18,386 bases of DNA from Deltaproteobacteria bacterium TL4 (GTDB taxonomy: Bacteria > SAR324 > NAC60-12): positions 1 to 18,386 of the forward strand of contig JBBCAX010000417.1 of assembly GCA_051382335.1 (NCBI GenBank), read 5' to 3'. Under the pieces are notes generated by a model that was given only the letters and a program-made list of their open reading frames with translations, had not been told where the DNA came from and searched no databases. Of the stretch, positions 16,100-18,386 are shown one piece after another (the first letter of the stretch is position 1; each line of letters opens with the position of its first letter). Both the position numbers and the translations under genes were made by a program.

Positions 16100-18079
16100 T
16101 CACTTCGTTTCAGTAAGCAACTCTTTGACCGCTTGAATGAGTTCTCCAAGATAGATGGGTTTCATCAGCAGTTTTCTAATCCCAAATTCTTGAAACAGAT
16201 TGGTGACAATGGTCTGACTGTATCCTGTAATGAGAAGGATCGGCAGATCCCGACGAAGCTTGATCAATTCCTGACTTAACGCCAAACCTCTCATTTTGGG
16301 CATGACTTGATCGGTGATGACCAGATCATATCGTTGCGGGTTCTTTTTAAACCGCTGTAAGGCCGTTTTTCCATCAGAGCAGTAGGTTACCTCATACCCC
16401 TCCCGTTGTAAGGCCAGCAAAAAGTACCTTCCCACTTCACTGTCATCCTCAGCCAGCAGAATACGATAGTGGCTTTTTGATGGGGTGCTTTCCAAAGAAG
16501 ATTCCTGGGAAATTTTCAACATTTCGGTATTGACTACAGGGAAATAGAGGGAAAAGGTAGACCCTTTGCCTAAGTCACTATCAACGGTAATGATGCCTTT
16601 ATGTCGTTCAACAATATTGTAGACGATTGAAAGCCCCAGTCCTATGCCATCCTGAGAAATGCCAACATCCTGCTCTCTGAATTTCTTGGTGGTAAAAAAA
16701 GGTTCAAAAAGCCGTTCTTTGACTTCATAGCTCATGCCTTTTCCAGAATCTTTTAAGGTGATGACCAAAAAACGCGTGTCGGGACTCCCTGGCGACAACA
16801 GTTCTGAAATGTTCGAAAAAGGCGCGTCAGTTATCATGATTTCAAAGACACCCCCCTCGGGCATCGCATCTTTCGCGTTGATTCCAATATTCAATATGGC
16901 TTGATAAATCTGTGACTCTTCGGCCAGGATCAAGGGACAATCAGGGTGTGGCGTTACACGAATTTCAATAGTGTCCGGAAAAATACTCTTTAACTTGGTC
17001 ACGGCCTGCCCTACCGCATTGCAAACAGTCATAGGCGCCAGCTCTTTACCATGAAGCGCGGCAAAGTCACGTAATTGAGTCACCACGTTTTTGGCACGCG
17101 CACCACTTTGGACAATATTTTCAATGTAGCGTCTTTCATCCGTTTTTTCCGGCAGAAACTCACGCAATAACTGGGCATATCCAAGGATGATGGAAAGGAT
17201 GTTATTGATATCATGGGCCACCCCCTCGGCAAAGGTACGCATAATTTTCATTTTATGAGCGTACTGCATTTGTTTTTCCAGATACGACTGCTTCTGTTCA
17301 GCGACTTTCATCTCTGTAATGTCCCGGTTAACACTAACAAAGCCCACAGGCGTGCCGTTGTCCTCTCTGATCACGTTGATGGAGATCATCATCACCAGCG
17401 TGTTGCCCTTTCTGTGTTGATGCTTCATTTCGCCTGTCCATTGTCCCACACTCAGCACATGGTCAAAAATCGATTCACGAAACCGGGTTTGGTCTTCGAG
17501 TAACAGAAAGGCTCCTAAGGGCTTTGAAAGAACTTCTTCGGCTTCCCACCCATAGACTTTTTCCGCCGCTTTATTCCAAGAGCTGATATTGAAACGCAGA
17601 TCTACAGAAATAATCGCATCCGACACGGATTGTAACAGCACCGACTGATGCTCAATGTGTTTTACCGCGTATTGTTGGAGTTCTATTTCTGTTTTCAGTT
17701 GAAGTTCCCTCTCACGAGCCGCCAAGGCCGCGTGAATTTTGGCTTTGAGGAGGTTTGCGTTACAACCGGTGCTGATAAAATCAACAAAGTCTAACGTCAT
17801 ACTCCATTCTAATAATTGAAAATCCTCTTCAAAGTTCAGTAATAGCGTAGGAATAGGTTGGTGTTTTGAGCGTTGCTGGAGTTGTATCAACAGACTGGTG
17901 ATCTCTAAATCGGGCGTTTTGAGATCCAGCAGCAGGAGTTCCACAGAGAATTCTTCTAATAGCTGAAATAAGTGCTGAACCTCAGAGAGGGTCTCGGCAT
18001 TATGTCCTAAAGACTCAATTGAAGGCAGGATTTGAGCTAACAAGACAGAATCGTCACTGACAATCAGAATCATCGACAT
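16100..18079 (-). CDS. hybrid sensor histidine kinase (degenerate REC-PAS-HisKA-HATPase-REC)
   Basis: PAS (DAIISVD...SWNKAAE.VYGW...RDITE), H-box GVAHDINNIL, NAKDAM, DSGKGM, FEPFFTTK, GIGLGL, and C-terminal receiver LLAEDD...DLVITDQVMP...ITG...MKP. No TM helices. Confidence 0.92.
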   Translation of the reverse strand: MSMILIVSDDSVLLAQILPSIESLGHNAETLSEVQHLFQLLEEFSVELLLLDLKTPDLEITSLLIQLQQRSKHQPIPTLLLNFEEDFQLLEWSMTLDFVDFISTGCNANLLKAKIHAALAARERELQLKTEIELQQYAVKHIEHQSVLLQSVSDAIISVDLRFNISSWNKAAEKVYGWEAEEVLSKPLGAFLLLEDQTRFRESIFDHVLSVGQWTGEMKHQHRKGNTLVMMISINVIREDNGTPVGFVSVNRDITEMKVAEQKQSYLEKQMQYAHKMKIMRTFAEGVAHDINNILSIILGYAQLLREFLPEKTDERRYIENIVQSGARAKNVVTQLRDFAALHGKELAPMTVCNAVGQAVTKLKSIFPDTIEIRVTPHPDCPLILAEESQIYQAILNIGINAKDAMPEGGVFEIMITDAPFSNISELLSPGSPDTRFLVITLKDSGKGMSYEVKERLFEPFFTTKKFREQDVGISQDGIGLGLSIVYNIVERHKGIITVDSDLGKGSTFSLYFPVVNTEMLKISQESSLESTPSKSHYRILLAEDDSEVGRYFLLALQREGYEVTYCSDGKTALQRFKKNPQRYDLVITDQVMPKMRGLALSQELIKLRRDLPILLITGYSQTIVTNLFQEFGIRKLLMKPIYLGELIQAVKELLTETK

Positions 18080-18111
18080 AGCAAGACAACTTTCATAACC
18101 AAGAGAAATCA

Positions 18112-18251
18112 GGCTACCAACTTAAGGCGGGACACTTCATGTAGGGTGCGCTTAAGCGAAGCGAGCGCACCAGCCACAGATTGTTCGGTGCGCTCGCTTC
18201 GCTTAAGCGCACCCTACGCTCTAACAAATGTCCCTGATTAAGTGGGTAGCC
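18112..18251. mobile_element. 140-bp MITE of the same family as 14480-14603 with a different internal REP doublet
   Basis: TIR GGCTACCAACTTAA...GGGACA / TGTCCC...TTAAGTGGGTAGCC. Flanks AGAAATCA (18104-18111) and CGAAATCA (18252-18259). Internal perfect 31-bp inverted repeat GTAGGGTGCGCTTAAGCGAAGCGAGCGCACC (18141-18171 / 18187-18217). Confidence 0.85.
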
Positions 18252-18386
18252 CGAAATCACATCATAAAAAAGAGGAGGCCTCTACCTCCACGGCTTTCTC
18301 ATAAAAAACCAACTTGACAAAGTATATTCATAAAAAAGGGTTCGGAGTCCCTGCAATTATCAAGATTCTCTTTCATATTTTTCCCA

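Noticed and set aside
18314..18345. TTGACA near the right edge as a promoter
   Set aside because: No acceptable -10 hexamer at 16-18 nt spacing, and the downstream gene is outside the window.

Overview
Bacterial chromosomal window; the protein styles suggest a deltaproteobacterial-type Gram-negative organism (inference). From left to right it holds: the 3' end of an unknown gene; an orphan fliM; ihfB; a + strand cluster (pseudo-receiver/RsbW-like kinase, bamD, cpoB-like TPR lipoprotein, hypothetical, cheY, bacterial cereblon/CULT protein); a convergent - strand three-gene unit ([NiFe]-hydrogenase large subunit, Tat-signal small subunit, chemoreceptor with two periplasmic CxxCH motifs); waaA; a LETM1/TerB-like protein; an FGE/SUMF1-domain protein; and a hybrid PAS histidine kinase. 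The main candidate novel system is a periplasmic H2-sensing chemotaxis module. Its hydrogenase has no C-terminal maturation tail, no membrane anchor and no cytochrome b partner, and it is followed directly by a di-haem-c MCP. The intergenic regions carry several short MITE-like elements (terminal inverted repeats, 8-bp target duplications), each enclosing a different REP-like palindrome doublet.
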